64,000 nucleotides of DNA from Candidatus Enterousia sp. (GCA_045645065.1 JAZRIB010000005.1:125917-189916); one strand, 5' to 3'; numbered from the stretch's first letter, positions 1 to 10,700 are shown. The notes: generated by a model not told the origin, from the letters alone. Numbers and translations are program-made.

Positions 1-1
1 A

Positions 2-214
2 TCTGATGCGTTAAAAAACACGCATTTAGCGGAATATTATCGATTATTGTACGTTGCGATGACGCGTGCCCGCGACAGTTTATATATTTACGGCTTTACC
101 AATAATGCATCTGCGCCTGAAATGTCGTGGCACAACCAGTTGTGGCGTGTATTCAGTGCGCTGCCAACGGCCGAACAAACACCAGATTTAATCAGGATAA
201 CCAATGTCAAATAA
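2..214 (+). CDS. addA: AddA-type SF1 helicase-nuclease, end of helicase part (5' end outside window)
   Basis: Own translation of frame 2 from the window edge gives SDALKNTHLAEYYRLLYVAMTRARDSLYIYGFTNN... VAMTRAR is UvrD/Rep-family helicase motif VI. The frame closes at TAA 212-214. It is absent from the ORF track because no start codon lies in the window. Confidence 0.7.
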   Translation, partial: SDALKNTHLAEYYRLLYVAMTRARDSLYIYGFTNNASAPEMSWHNQLWRVFSALPTAEQTPDLIRITNVK

Positions 215-650
215 TGATATCAAAGCAATTTTATCAGAACGCGATGGCGTAAAATTTGCGACTACGGCTGGCTCAGATATGCACAAACGCCTGGGGTTGA
301 TTGTTATTGATGGCGACAACACGCGTGGTGATTCAGAATTGGTTGCGCACATACAGTCGATTCCATGCCTTGGCAAATTATTTTGTTCAAATTCCATGAC
401 CGAAGTCCCCATTGCAGGCACCATTAAGCATCGTTTCATCAGTCGTCGTATTGATCGCCTGTATATTGACAATGATGCGCAAACGGTCTTTATTCTTGAT
501 TACAAGACAGACGTGAATCGCGATAAATTTCACGACACCTATGTTGCGCAAGTACACGAATACGCCGCCTTGTTGCGCCAGATTTATCCAAAATATAAAT
601 GCGTATGTTACATTTTGTGGACGCACGAATGGGAATTGGAAAAAGTATAA
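204..650 (+). CDS. addA: AddA C-terminal PD-(D/E)XK (RecB-type) nuclease domain, encoded in a different frame from the helicase part
   Basis: 148-aa ORF containing ...ISRRIDRLYIDNDAQTVFILDYKTD...VAQVHEYAALL..., which matches the (G)xIDxL...DYKT...Q..Y nuclease motif of AddA/RecB family proteins. ATG 204 overlaps the upstream frame's stop (ATGTCAAATAA). Confidence 0.7.
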   Translation: MSNNDIKAILSERDGVKFATTAGSDMHKRLGLIVIDGDNTRGDSELVAHIQSIPCLGKLFCSNSMTEVPIAGTIKHRFISRRIDRLYIDNDAQTVFILDYKTDVNRDKFHDTYVAQVHEYAALLRQIYPKYKCVCYILWTHEWELEKV

Positions 651-692
651 AAATGCTTGAAACAATTGGCGTTTCAAGTCTATAATTCACGT

Positions 693-2348
693 ATGTTAAT
701 TGGGTTGAACATCACAAATATTGTATTAATAGAACGTCTAAATTTGGAATTTGGGCGTGGCTTAAATGTATTAACGGGCGAAACCGGCGCGGGTAAAAGT
801 ATTTTAATGGATGCATTATCATTGGCATTGGGTGCGCGTTCTGATGTTGGGTTGATACGTCACGGGTGTGATGTTGCGTCTGTATCGGCTGAATTTGACG
901 TTGCGACCAACGTTGTACGTGACATATTGCGTGAATTTGACATTGATTGCGATAACGGTGTTATATTGCGTCGCACCTTGGGTTCAGACGGCAAAAGTCG
1001 CGCATGGATTAACGACACCCCTGTATCGATTAAAACGTTAAAGGCCGTTGGTGATTCATTGGTTGAAATTCATGGCCAGTTTGCCAATCACACATTGTTG
1101 AATCAGTCTGCGCATCGTCCAACCTTAGACTTGTTTGCGATGGGTAACGTGCCTGGTTTTTCTGAATTACTGACCTGTACGTATGAATCATATCGCGAAT
1201 ATCATGATGCAGACAAACGTTTGAACGAATTATCAGAAATGTTATCGCGTGCGGCGAATGAACGTGAATTTTTAGCGCATAATGTGGCGGAACTTGAAAA
1301 ATTAAATCCACAACCCGGCGAAGAAGAAGAATTATCTGCCAAACGTGCTGCGATGATGAACGCAGAAAAGAACGCCGCCATCCTGGGCGAAGCGATGGAT
1401 ACGTTAAATGCGCGTGGTAATTCACTGGACGCCCAGATATTCAATGTTGCGCACATATTACAGCGTATTAAATCAGATCCGAATCCATATGCCGAACAAA
1501 TTGATAAACTGTATTCCGCGGCTGAAATTGTATCTGATGTAATGGGCGCGCTGGAACCAGAATCGATGGATATGGATGATATGGATTCCATCGAAGAACG
1601 CTTGTTTGCAATTCGTGCGGCTGCCCGCAAACATCGTGTATTACCGGATGAATTGCCGAATAAATTATCTGAAATGTCGGCGCAATTGGCGGTCATTGAT
1701 AATTCAGACGCCGAATTAAAACGCATCAAAACATTGCGCGACAATGCGTTTAATAAATTTAGTACACACGCATCTGAATTGTCTGCGGCGCGTTGTACAG
1801 CGGCGACAAAAATGCGTGAATGTATCTTACGCGAATTGCCAGATTTGAAACTGGGGTCGGCTGATTTTATGGTTGAATGTACCCCGTGTACACCATCGTC
1901 CAATGGTACAGATGACGTTATATTTATGATAAAAACGAATCCAGGTTCACCATTTGCGCCATTACATCGTGCGGCATCGGGTGGTGAATTGGCGCGTTTA
2001 ATGTTGGCGTTGCGTGTGGTACTGGCCGGCAGTGGGGACACGCATTCATTTGTCTTTGATGAAATAGACACCGGCATATCTGGCGCAACTGCATCTGCGG
2101 TTGGTGCGCGCCTGAATCGTCTGGCATCCGAATCCCAGGCGTTGGTTATCACACATTCTGCCCAGGTTGCTGGATTTGCGGATCGTCATTTCAAGATTTC
2201 CAAACATGTCTCAGACGATAAAACCACGACATCTGTTATTGAAATAGGGGATGATGAACGTATAAATGAAATTGCGCGTATAATCAGTGGTGCCGAAATA
2301 ACCCCTGAATCAATCACAATGGCAAAAACCCTTATCAAGAACGCCTGA
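693..2348 (+). CDS. recN: DNA repair protein RecN
   Basis: MLIGLNITNIVLIERLNLEFGRGLNVLTGETGAGKSILMDAL (Walker A), C-terminal SGGELARLMLAL signature and FDEIDTGISG. The ORF-track start at 657 is a TTG; ATG 693 gives the canonical RecN N-terminus. Confidence 0.95.
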   Translation: MLIGLNITNIVLIERLNLEFGRGLNVLTGETGAGKSILMDALSLALGARSDVGLIRHGCDVASVSAEFDVATNVVRDILREFDIDCDNGVILRRTLGSDGKSRAWINDTPVSIKTLKAVGDSLVEIHGQFANHTLLNQSAHRPTLDLFAMGNVPGFSELLTCTYESYREYHDADKRLNELSEMLSRAANEREFLAHNVAELEKLNPQPGEEEELSAKRAAMMNAEKNAAILGEAMDTLNARGNSLDAQIFNVAHILQRIKSDPNPYAEQIDKLYSAAEIVSDVMGALEPESMDMDDMDSIEERLFAIRAAARKHRVLPDELPNKLSEMSAQLAVIDNSDAELKRIKTLRDNAFNKFSTHASELSAARCTAATKMRECILRELPDLKLGSADFMVECTPCTPSSNGTDDVIFMIKTNPGSPFAPLHRAASGGELARLMLALRVVLAGSGDTHSFVFDEIDTGISGATASAVGARLNRLASESQALVITHSAQVAGFADRHFKISKHVSDDKTTTSVIEIGDDERINEIARIISGAEITPESITMAKTLIKNA

Positions 2349-2388
2349 TGATAAAACGCAAATGTTTTATATTTTGATATTCTTAATT

Positions 2389-2417
2389 AAAAAAAACCGC
2401 CATACGGCGGTTTTTTC
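2389..2417. terminator. Bidirectional Rho-independent terminator between recN and the convergent 535-aa gene
   Basis: A-run, stem CCGCC (2397-2401) / GGCGG (2406-2410), loop ATAC, then T-run 2411-2416. Confidence 0.75.
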
Positions 2418-4025
2418 TTACAATTGACCTTTTAAACACGATTTGAAGCATTGGGTATCCTGACATTTCATCCAACACAACGTACCATCTTGTGCTCTGG
2501 CGGTCGCCATATCGGATTTGTTTGATTCTTCAAATTCTTTTTTACATGTTCCATTGGGTTGTACTGTTCCTTTGCACGGTGTACAATTTTTATCAGTTGT
2601 CGATTTAAACGCATATCCTTTCTCTTTGCACTGATATGTATAACAATTATTGGCTTCGTCATAAATCTTGGTATATGATTTTTTGTCTATGTCCGACCAT
2701 CCGCTACAATCCGCTGGGGTGCCGGACACTGTTATACAAAAACCATCTTGATCAGGCATCTGATTGTCGCCTGTACAAGATTCACATGTTGTTGGTTCGT
2801 CTTTCTTATACGCATATCCTTTTGCACAACGATATTGCAAACACATTGCACCATTATTGTCGATTACATATGGTTCGTATGCTGCCTTTGTGTTGTCTTT
2901 CGTATATTTTTCGTCACCCCAACCGTTACATGCTGGCTTTCCAACTGGATCCAAATCTGGATCTACGCCCTTTGATGTAAATACACAACGTCCGTCTTCT
3001 ACAACGTGGGCGTCCTGACCTTCACCTGCTACACAATCTATACATTTTGTCTGTTCACTCACTGACGGTATATTTTCAAACCCCTTATTTAAACCTTTGC
3101 ATCTGTATTGATAGCATGATTTGCCGTCCACTTCAACCACAACCCTTTCCAGATTGGAGTTGTCATCAGACCTTGCCCAACCGTCACACATTGCAATGTT
3201 ACCGCACACATAAGAATCAATTGGCACACATGTTTTTCCATCAGTGCTTTGTTGATATCCGTCTTTGCACATTAATATTGGGTCTTTGGTATTTTTTGAG
3301 ATTACCGTTCTGCACATCTTACTGTTGTTTTTACACCAAGAATAGACTAAAATATCTTGAACCCATGCGCCATGCTTACCTTCGTCGTATTTAGTTATCG
3401 CCAAAAAAACGTCATGCTGCGAATGCTTGTTGCCTGCGGTATAGTGGCCAAAACGTTTGTCTCTTTGTCTACATTTTTGCCCTTCGCTGACCAAGCGATC
3501 CATAGTTTTTCCTGGGTTTTCTGCGCCTGCGCCAACACTGGCGGTACTGGCGGGACCCTTTCGTGGGGTTAATTCAGTGGGGTCACATGTTTTATTATTG
3601 TCGTTAAGGGCTGTTATTTGATTTTCACACTGTGGCCCTGTGTACCCATTGTAACACAACCATACACATTCATTCAAATCATTATTACTTTCCCAATATT
3701 TAATGTTTGGGGAGTGAAACAGACCTTGTCGATATGCTTCTACCCCGCGAACACAAAACTTTGCCCCACCTTCTTTTACTTCGACTGCAAACATTGCGCT
3801 TACTTTTTTGGGGTCGTCATTACACCCTTCTACACATGCATCACCCGCATACAAAGGATTGTTCTTATCAAAATTCGGACATGTATACTGCACTTTTAAT
3901 CCGTCGTCTAACCATTTTTCCAAACCGACCTTGTCTTTCGCGTCTTCCGCATATGACGAATTGCACGTGCAAACAAACAAGCCTAAAACAGTAAATAAAA
4001 ATACATTCTTACGCATATTTTTCAT
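2418..4025 (-). CDS. Secreted cysteine-rich repeat protein with an EGF-like motif; function unknown
   Basis: N-terminal signal peptide (MKNMRKNVFLFTVLGLFVCTCNSSYA). Motif ECVWLCYNGYTGPQCE. Three tandem Cys-framed repeats (CxGW...CxxY(R/Q)CxxxGY...CxxC...C). The start may be the ATG at 4016, which has better RBS spacing. Confidence 0.85.
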   Translation of the reverse strand: MKNMRKNVFLFTVLGLFVCTCNSSYAEDAKDKVGLEKWLDDGLKVQYTCPNFDKNNPLYAGDACVEGCNDDPKKVSAMFAVEVKEGGAKFCVRGVEAYRQGLFHSPNIKYWESNNDLNECVWLCYNGYTGPQCENQITALNDNNKTCDPTELTPRKGPASTASVGAGAENPGKTMDRLVSEGQKCRQRDKRFGHYTAGNKHSQHDVFLAITKYDEGKHGAWVQDILVYSWCKNNSKMCRTVISKNTKDPILMCKDGYQQSTDGKTCVPIDSYVCGNIAMCDGWARSDDNSNLERVVVEVDGKSCYQYRCKGLNKGFENIPSVSEQTKCIDCVAGEGQDAHVVEDGRCVFTSKGVDPDLDPVGKPACNGWGDEKYTKDNTKAAYEPYVIDNNGAMCLQYRCAKGYAYKKDEPTTCESCTGDNQMPDQDGFCITVSGTPADCSGWSDIDKKSYTKIYDEANNCYTYQCKEKGYAFKSTTDKNCTPCKGTVQPNGTCKKEFEESNKSDMATARAQDGTLCWMKCQDTQCFKSCLKGQL

Positions 4026-4037
4026 CCTCTATCAAGA

Positions 4038-6473
4038 TTATTCTTCTTTCCATGAACATGTATTTGATTCCCATGTACCACCCAACATAGTCTCGCACTG
4101 ATTCTTGTACCAATCATCGGTAAAGATACACTGGTTGGTTGCCTTGTTAAACGTTGCCCAGTTTTGACCGCTTTCCGCATCATTGAATGCCAAACACGCA
4201 TTTTCAACGGTATTTGTTACACATATTCCATGTGTTGTTTTGTCTTTGGCTGCCGAAGCTCCAGTTTCACCGCCACCCTCTATATCTGTTGTATTTGTTG
4301 TTCCAAAGACATTGCTATAGAATGTTGGATCGTATTCTTGATACGTTTCTTTTTTTGTGCTGTCCATCCAAACACCACCACCGGTTTCGCACACATCACG
4401 CAACTGGGTCGCAACATCAAACATGATGTTTTCTGTTAATTGTTTGATTGTTTGTGCCACCGTGTCACTAAGATCGTCTATGTTGTCATTATATGTGGCC
4501 TGGGTGTACTTGTCACCTTTAATATCAACGCAATACAAACTGGCACGTGTCAATATTTGGTTTGTTATATCTGATTCTGTTAAATTACGACAATTCCATG
4601 GATAACCCTGGGCCCCAGATGACGGTGTACATAATTCTGTTGTGAAATTACGCAGGGCGGTTTCACATCCTTCGGCAACACGAACGGTATCAACGGTTTC
4701 AACATAATCTAACAATTGTTGTAAACCACAACTGCCTTCGTTCTCTAATTTTCCATTACCATCAAATTCACAGCCTTCATCGCCGTTGCTATATAACGCG
4801 GCGCACGCTGTAACTTTGTCTGCGCACATGGCACGTGCAGCGGCGACACTTAATGCACCGGCGGCCTCTGCCGTGGTGTCATCAAAACTTTTTAACGCAT
4901 TTGATTGTGTGTCATAGCATTCACGCATTGTATCAACACAAGATGATTTAACTTCTTCTAATTTCTCGTCTTGGGCCTGGGCAATTTCAATCAAAGCAGA
5001 ACGTTTAAATTCTGTCCAAACAGTATCAGCAATGTCACGACATGAATCCAATGCCGATTGTGCAAACACACGACGTTCGTCCAAGAAACTTACAAATGGT
5101 TTATTTGCGGTTTGTTCTAAAATATCTGTGTATGTACCATTGTTGTTCGATGTTGCACTGTCCAACTGAATTAAATTCGTCAATTCAAACAGACGTGCCG
5201 AATAAACCGGTTCACCATTTGTTGGATTGATATATGCACCGGTATAGTCCATACAACGTGCATAATTTTTCCCACACGCCGAATCAGACAACATTGCAGA
5301 ACGTACAGAATCTAAACATGCGTTAACATCCTGGGAATTGTGTGCACGATATTCTTCCAGACGTGCTTCGCGCAGGATTTTTTCCGCCTGGCGCACAGTA
5401 TTTTGAACCTGTTGACGTTTGGTATCAATCCCTTTTTCGTATGCATTACAATCCTGGGTAATCATAATACCATATGCACTTTTTGCCATGTTGGCAACCG
5501 CGGCGCTTTGACAACTGCTGGCGGCCATTTCAGAACACTGTTTATGTACCTGGTTAAATAATTCCTGACCTTCTAATTTGCCTAAATCAACACCGGCATC
5601 GCCACCGAATATAGACGATGTCACAGATGACGAGCCACCCCAAACATCACCAATATCAGATGAAAAATCCAAACTAATTACACCCAACGACGTTGACCCA
5701 GACGAAGAATCAGATTTTTTCTTTTTTCCTGAAATCAAATCCCCAATTTCTGCCAATAATGCTGCGGCACCACTGGTATCGTTTTTAATTGCGGCTTCAC
5801 CCACCGTAGCAGAATACATTGCGTTAACTTCTGCGGCTGTTTTATCCACAGCGTTCAAATTATTATCTTCAAAACGCTGTAACAAAATTTTTGCCTGGTC
5901 TAATGCATCTTCGGTGTCACGAAAATCCATGAAACGTTCACTGCAAAAACAACGACGATATGTTTCATTTGCCTTGGCACAGAATTGATCCATACACGTT
6001 GCATACGATTCGCGACATTGTGCATATCCACCACCAATCTTAGACACATCGTCAAACACCGCTGTTGCGCGTGATGACGCCGCACGTGAAACCCCAGATT
6101 GACGAACCGGCACAGTTGCACTGCGCCCAGATGGCGTTGCCGAACGTGCACTGCGTGCAGCGGATGTTACGTTTCGTGACACGGTGCTTGCACTGCGCGC
6201 GTTGCGTGATGCCGTTGCCGTTCCTGTCGCGCGTGATGATACGTTTGGTGTTGTCGAACGCGCCGTCGTCACAGATGGACGTGCATTTGTTGCACGTGAC
6301 ACAGTGTCCATGGTTGTGCGTTTTGATTCACGCCCCGTCGATCGCGCCGATGAAACATTATTAGATGATGAAGAACGTGGATTCTGAGGCGCAATCGCGT
6401 CCGCCGAACCAGCCGCCAAAAAAGCCACCATTAATGCCGAAATTCGGAAAATATTATTCATAGAACCTTTCAT
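4038..6473 (-). CDS. Secreted 811-aa protein with an N-terminal Arg/Ser/Thr/Ala-rich low-complexity region and paired-Cys helical regions; function unknown
   Basis: Signal peptide MKGSMNNIFRISALMVAFLAAGSADA. An AAAGGA RBS precedes ATG 6473. A ~110-aa degenerate SRxxxARS-type repeat region is followed by CRESYATCMDQFC...YRRCFC-type Cys pairs. It ends 12 nt upstream of the 535-aa gene. Confidence 0.85.
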   Translation of the reverse strand: MKGSMNNIFRISALMVAFLAAGSADAIAPQNPRSSSSNNVSSARSTGRESKRTTMDTVSRATNARPSVTTARSTTPNVSSRATGTATASRNARSASTVSRNVTSAARSARSATPSGRSATVPVRQSGVSRAASSRATAVFDDVSKIGGGYAQCRESYATCMDQFCAKANETYRRCFCSERFMDFRDTEDALDQAKILLQRFEDNNLNAVDKTAAEVNAMYSATVGEAAIKNDTSGAAALLAEIGDLISGKKKKSDSSSGSTSLGVISLDFSSDIGDVWGGSSSVTSSIFGGDAGVDLGKLEGQELFNQVHKQCSEMAASSCQSAAVANMAKSAYGIMITQDCNAYEKGIDTKRQQVQNTVRQAEKILREARLEEYRAHNSQDVNACLDSVRSAMLSDSACGKNYARCMDYTGAYINPTNGEPVYSARLFELTNLIQLDSATSNNNGTYTDILEQTANKPFVSFLDERRVFAQSALDSCRDIADTVWTEFKRSALIEIAQAQDEKLEEVKSSCVDTMRECYDTQSNALKSFDDTTAEAAGALSVAAARAMCADKVTACAALYSNGDEGCEFDGNGKLENEGSCGLQQLLDYVETVDTVRVAEGCETALRNFTTELCTPSSGAQGYPWNCRNLTESDITNQILTRASLYCVDIKGDKYTQATYNDNIDDLSDTVAQTIKQLTENIMFDVATQLRDVCETGGGVWMDSTKKETYQEYDPTFYSNVFGTTNTTDIEGGGETGASAAKDKTTHGICVTNTVENACLAFNDAESGQNWATFNKATNQCIFTDDWYKNQCETMLGGTWESNTCSWKEE

Positions 6474-6531
6474 ATCCTTTCTCTCTTAGGCTTATTTTAT
6501 CATTTTTTTGCCACTTGAATCAAGAGTTAAT

Positions 6532-6906
6532 TTATATGTTTTTTATATCTATAAATCCCATATTCAGACCCCAAAACATTGCATATGCTTCGTATGCTGC
6601 GTCAAAGTATTCATATGCTTTTTTATTGTCTGGAAATGCGTGCATTCCGTCATTCATCAGCGAAATTGCGCGCCCCAGCATTTGTTGTGATGCATCCATT
6701 TTGGCATTATCTAAAACCACCCGTGACATCAATTGCGCACGCATATCGTGAACCATATCTGCAATTTGACTGTTGGGTGCGATGTTTTCAATCGCAATCA
6801 TATTCATCAGTCCAATTGTCAAATCTTGGTCGCTGGACAAATCGCGTGGATTTACCTTTTTTGCTGCGTCTGCACTTGCAACCATATCTTTTAAGGATTT
6901 TTTCAT
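6532..6906 (-). CDS. Hypothetical 124-aa protein downstream of rsmH
   Basis: ATG 6906 is preceded by a strong RBS (AAGGAGACAAACA-ATG). The longer ORF-track version (to 7128) overlaps rsmH and was rejected. I recognise no motif and see no TM segment, so it does not look like FtsL. Confidence 0.6.
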   Translation of the reverse strand: MKKSLKDMVASADAAKKVNPRDLSSDQDLTIGLMNMIAIENIAPNSQIADMVHDMRAQLMSRVVLDNAKMDASQQMLGRAISLMNDGMHAFPDNKKAYEYFDAAYEAYAMFWGLNMGFIDIKNI

Positions 6907-6917
6907 TGTTTGTCTCC

Positions 6918-7766
6918 TTATGGTAATTTTATTACACCGCGCATATGCGCCGAACGCGCCCGCGAATTGTTTGCCAATTCCACATCCGTCGGCAACATAG
7001 TTTTTATTGCCATAAATGGGGCAGGGCACACCTGTGGCATTCGTGGGTCGCCAGGGGTGGTTGTCCATTCGCGAAACGTGTTTTTGACAATTCTGTCTTC
7101 GATTGAATGAAATGTTACGCATATGCATTTGCCGTTTGCCGCCAACAGATTTGGCACCGCCGCCAACGCGCGTTCAATTTCCCCCATTTCATCATTAACC
7201 GCAATGCGTAACGCCTGAAAAATAGGTGCTATGTCCTTTGGGTTATGTATCAAATCACGTAATTGAAATGTTGTCTTGGGTTTTGCGTTTTTTATCGCAC
7301 GCGCAACATTCATTGCATTGCGCACATCACCATAGTTACGTAAAATCTGGGCCAAGTCTGTTACTGATACTTGCTCGATTAATTCAGATGCCGTTATTAA
7401 ATGCTTTGTGTCCATTCGCATATCCAGTGGCGCATCCATACGAAATGAAAAACCGCGTTCCCCGTTATCAATCTGCATCGAAGAAATACCCAAATCAAAC
7501 ACGATGGCGTCATATTTGTCATCTAATTCAGCAATAGAAGAAAATGCACGCGCCACAAAATTAAAGCGGTCGCCATATTCAGCGCGAATTAAGTCAACAT
7601 CACACAAAACATTCGGATCACGGTCAAATGCTGTTACAATCGCCCCGCGTTCCAGAAATGCACGCGTATAACCGCCTGCGCCAAACGTACAATCAATTAT
7701 GCGCTTGCCCTGAATGTCGCCCAGCGCACCTAACACCGCATCTAATAACACAGGTATATGTTTCAT
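6918..7766 (-). CDS. rsmH: 16S rRNA (cytosine1402-N4)-methyltransferase RsmH (MraW)
   Basis: MKHIPVLLDAVLGALG...IIDCTFGAGGYTRAFLE...VFDLGISSMQID...FHSIEDRIVK are hallmark RsmH motifs. ATG 7766 lies 2 nt after the dnaE stop. The ORF-track N-terminal extension overlaps dnaE. Confidence 0.93.
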   Translation of the reverse strand: MKHIPVLLDAVLGALGDIQGKRIIDCTFGAGGYTRAFLERGAIVTAFDRDPNVLCDVDLIRAEYGDRFNFVARAFSSIAELDDKYDAIVFDLGISSMQIDNGERGFSFRMDAPLDMRMDTKHLITASELIEQVSVTDLAQILRNYGDVRNAMNVARAIKNAKPKTTFQLRDLIHNPKDIAPIFQALRIAVNDEMGEIERALAAVPNLLAANGKCICVTFHSIEDRIVKNTFREWTTTPGDPRMPQVCPAPFMAIKTMLPTDVELANNSRARSAHMRGVIKLP

Positions 7767-7768
7767 TG

Positions 7769-10700
7769 TTATTCCACCTCTACCTTGACCCCCAGGGCTG
7801 CGATATCTGTTGCGGTTGTTGCGCCTAATTCGACACCCCCTGGTAACATCATTGTTGCCACCTTGTCCGCCCCATGCAGGTTTAATTCCACACGTGTATG
7901 TCCTGGTGCCAACGCGACCAGTGCTTTTTTTACATCCGCCAATGCCGATGCGTCCCAAATGTCCAGACTGATTTTGCGTGCAATTTTTGCAACCCATTGG
8001 GATAACGGTATAATAGAATCAACAAATATAGACACCCGATCGTCACGCGCCGATGTTTTTCCAGACAATATCACAACGGTTTCTGTGCTTAAAATCTGGG
8101 AAAATTCAATGGCAGAATCCCCAAAAGAAACCGCGTCAATATTGCCATAACTGTCTGATGCGTTAATAGTAATCATTTCTTTGCCAGTCTTGGTGCGGCG
8201 ACGACTGAACGAATTAACGTTTACTGCGATTTGAACAGATTTGCGGTCCCCCAATGCTTCTAATGTTGCGCTGGTTGCCAAACCTGTACGCGCAATTAAC
8301 CCTTTGTACTGGTCTAATGGATGCGCAGAAATATAGAATCCCAGCGCAGATAATTCGTTTTCTAATTTCTGATTAAATGTCCATGGCGCGGTCTTTGGCA
8401 AGTTTTTATGTAATCTGTCTTCGGCCACATCATCTTCAACTGTATTTGCAAACAATGATAATGCGCTGGCACTTTCTTTCGACTTTGCCGCATACAGCAA
8501 AATCGCATCTGCGTTCATATATATCGCGGCGCGATTTGGTTCCAGTGAATCCAGCACACCAACCTTTGCGAACGCTTCCAAGATTCGTTTGTTCATAATA
8601 TGTGCGCAACGTTTTGCAAAGTCTGTTAAATTCTTGAATTTTCCGTTTGCGTTACGTTCTGCAACGATTAAATCTGTTGCGGCTGTCCCAACACCCTTTA
8701 ACGCTGCCAAACCATAAATAATTTTACCATCACGAACTGTGAACAAAGATTCACTTTGATTAATATCAGGTGGTACAATTTGAATATTGAAATTAGTTTT
8801 GGCATCGTCGACAAATATCGCCAACTGGTCAGTATCGTTCAGATTACTGGACATAGACGCAGCTAAAAATTCAGGCGTATAATTTGCTTTCAAATATGCG
8901 CACTGGTTTGCAACAATCGAATATGCAATCGCATGTGATTTGTTAAATGCATACTTTGCAAATTCTTTGAACTTTTCCCACAGGTCTTTTGCCGTTGCGC
9001 GATCCAGTGTGCCTTCTTTTTCGCACCCTTCATAGAATTTGCCTTCTAATTCGTCCAACATAGCGATGATTTTCTTACCCATCGCCTTACGCACGTTGTC
9101 TGATTGTCCACGTGTAAAGCCCGCCAACGCACGTGTTAACTGCATAACCTGTTCTTGGTACACAATAATGCCATATGTTTCTTTCAAAATAGGTTCTGCC
9201 CGTGGATGAACATATTCGATTGGTTCTTCGCCGTGCATACGCGCAATAAATTGTGGAATAAACGCAATTGGCCCTGGACGGTTCAGTGCATTCAACGCCG
9301 ATATTTCCAAGAAACTGGTTGGGTGCATTTTGCGCAACGTTTGCTGAACAAATGTGGCATCAAATTGGAATATTCCTTCGGTCAAACCCTGTTGCCATAA
9401 ACGCATTGTTTTTTCGTCATCTGTTGGGATTTGGTCTAAATCAATGTTAATACCGCGTGTCTGCTGAATAAGGCGTGTTGCATATTTTAATACAACCAGT
9501 GTTTCCAACCCTAAAAAGTCAAACTTAATCAGTCCAGATTTTTCCAGATACTTTCCGTCATACTGACATGATGGCAACGGGTTGGCTGGATCACGATAAA
9601 CAGGCGCAATCTTGGTTGTAGGTCTGTCCCCAATAACAACGCCACACGCGTGTTGTCCCAAATTGCGCAACGAACCTTCTAATTCTTCGGCAACTGTTAC
9701 AACCTTGTTCATATCTTCGTCTTGGCTTAATATATCCTGAATTTCGGTTGAAACACTAACTGCGTCTTTCAGTGTCTTGGCATCTTGTGGGATAAGTTTT
9801 GATAATTTGTCGGACTTAGAATAGGGCAACCCATACACACGCCCAATATCACGAATTGCGCCACGCGCCTGTAATGAGCCAAACGTAATAATACGGCACA
9901 CAGAATCATGCCCATATTTATCACAAACATACGATAATACGCGTTCAATACCAGTCGGTTCAAAGTCAACGTCAAAGTCGGGCATTGAAATACGATCTGG
10001 ATTCAAGAAACGTTCAAACAGCAACCCATACTTCAATGGGTCAACGTTCGTAATTCCCAACGCCCACGCAACAATAGAACCCGCCCCAGAACCACGACCA
10101 GGTCCCGTTAAAACATCATTGTTACGGCACCAATCGATATAATCCGCAACGATTAAGAAATAGCCCGGGAATCCCATCCCGATAATAACCCCTAATTCAA
10201 ATTCAGCCTGTTCATAATATGGGGTTGTATCAGTAATTCCGTGCTGTTCCAGACGGCGTTTCAAACCATTCATTGTGTTATCGCGCAGCATCTGGCACTC
10301 GGTTTCCAAGTCGTCACCAAATCGTGGTAACAATGGTTTTTCATGAACGTTAACCATAAATCCGCAACGTTGGGCGATTTTGTATGTGTTCTCGCACGCC
10401 TCCGGCAGGTCAGAAAATATTTCCCACATTTGTTCAGTTGATTTGAAATATTGTTCTGATGATTTGCGTGGACGTTCTGGGTCAATAACCTTGGTCTGGC
10501 CTAAAACACATCCCAATGCGTCCGCCGGTTCATAGTCTGAATCAGACGCAAAACACACATCATTTGTTGCTACAATTGGAATATTTAATTCGCGCGCTAT
10601 TTCCAAGAACATAGGTTCTGTTTTTATTTCATTTTCAAGTCCATGACGTTGAATTTCGATATAAAATCTATTTCCAAAGATTTCTAATAGTTGTTTTGCA

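Noticed and set aside
1202-2152. 316-aa minus-strand ORF inside recN
   Set aside because: It is antisense to a confidently identified recN and has Ser/Ala/Arg-rich low-complexity composition typical of shadow ORFs.
6907-7997. Long ORF-track versions of the 124-aa gene (to 7128) and of rsmH (to 7997)
   Set aside because: The extensions overlap the upstream genes in other frames and have odd Gly/Arg/Cys-rich composition. Internal ATGs at 6906 and 7766 give proper RBS or canonical N-termini.
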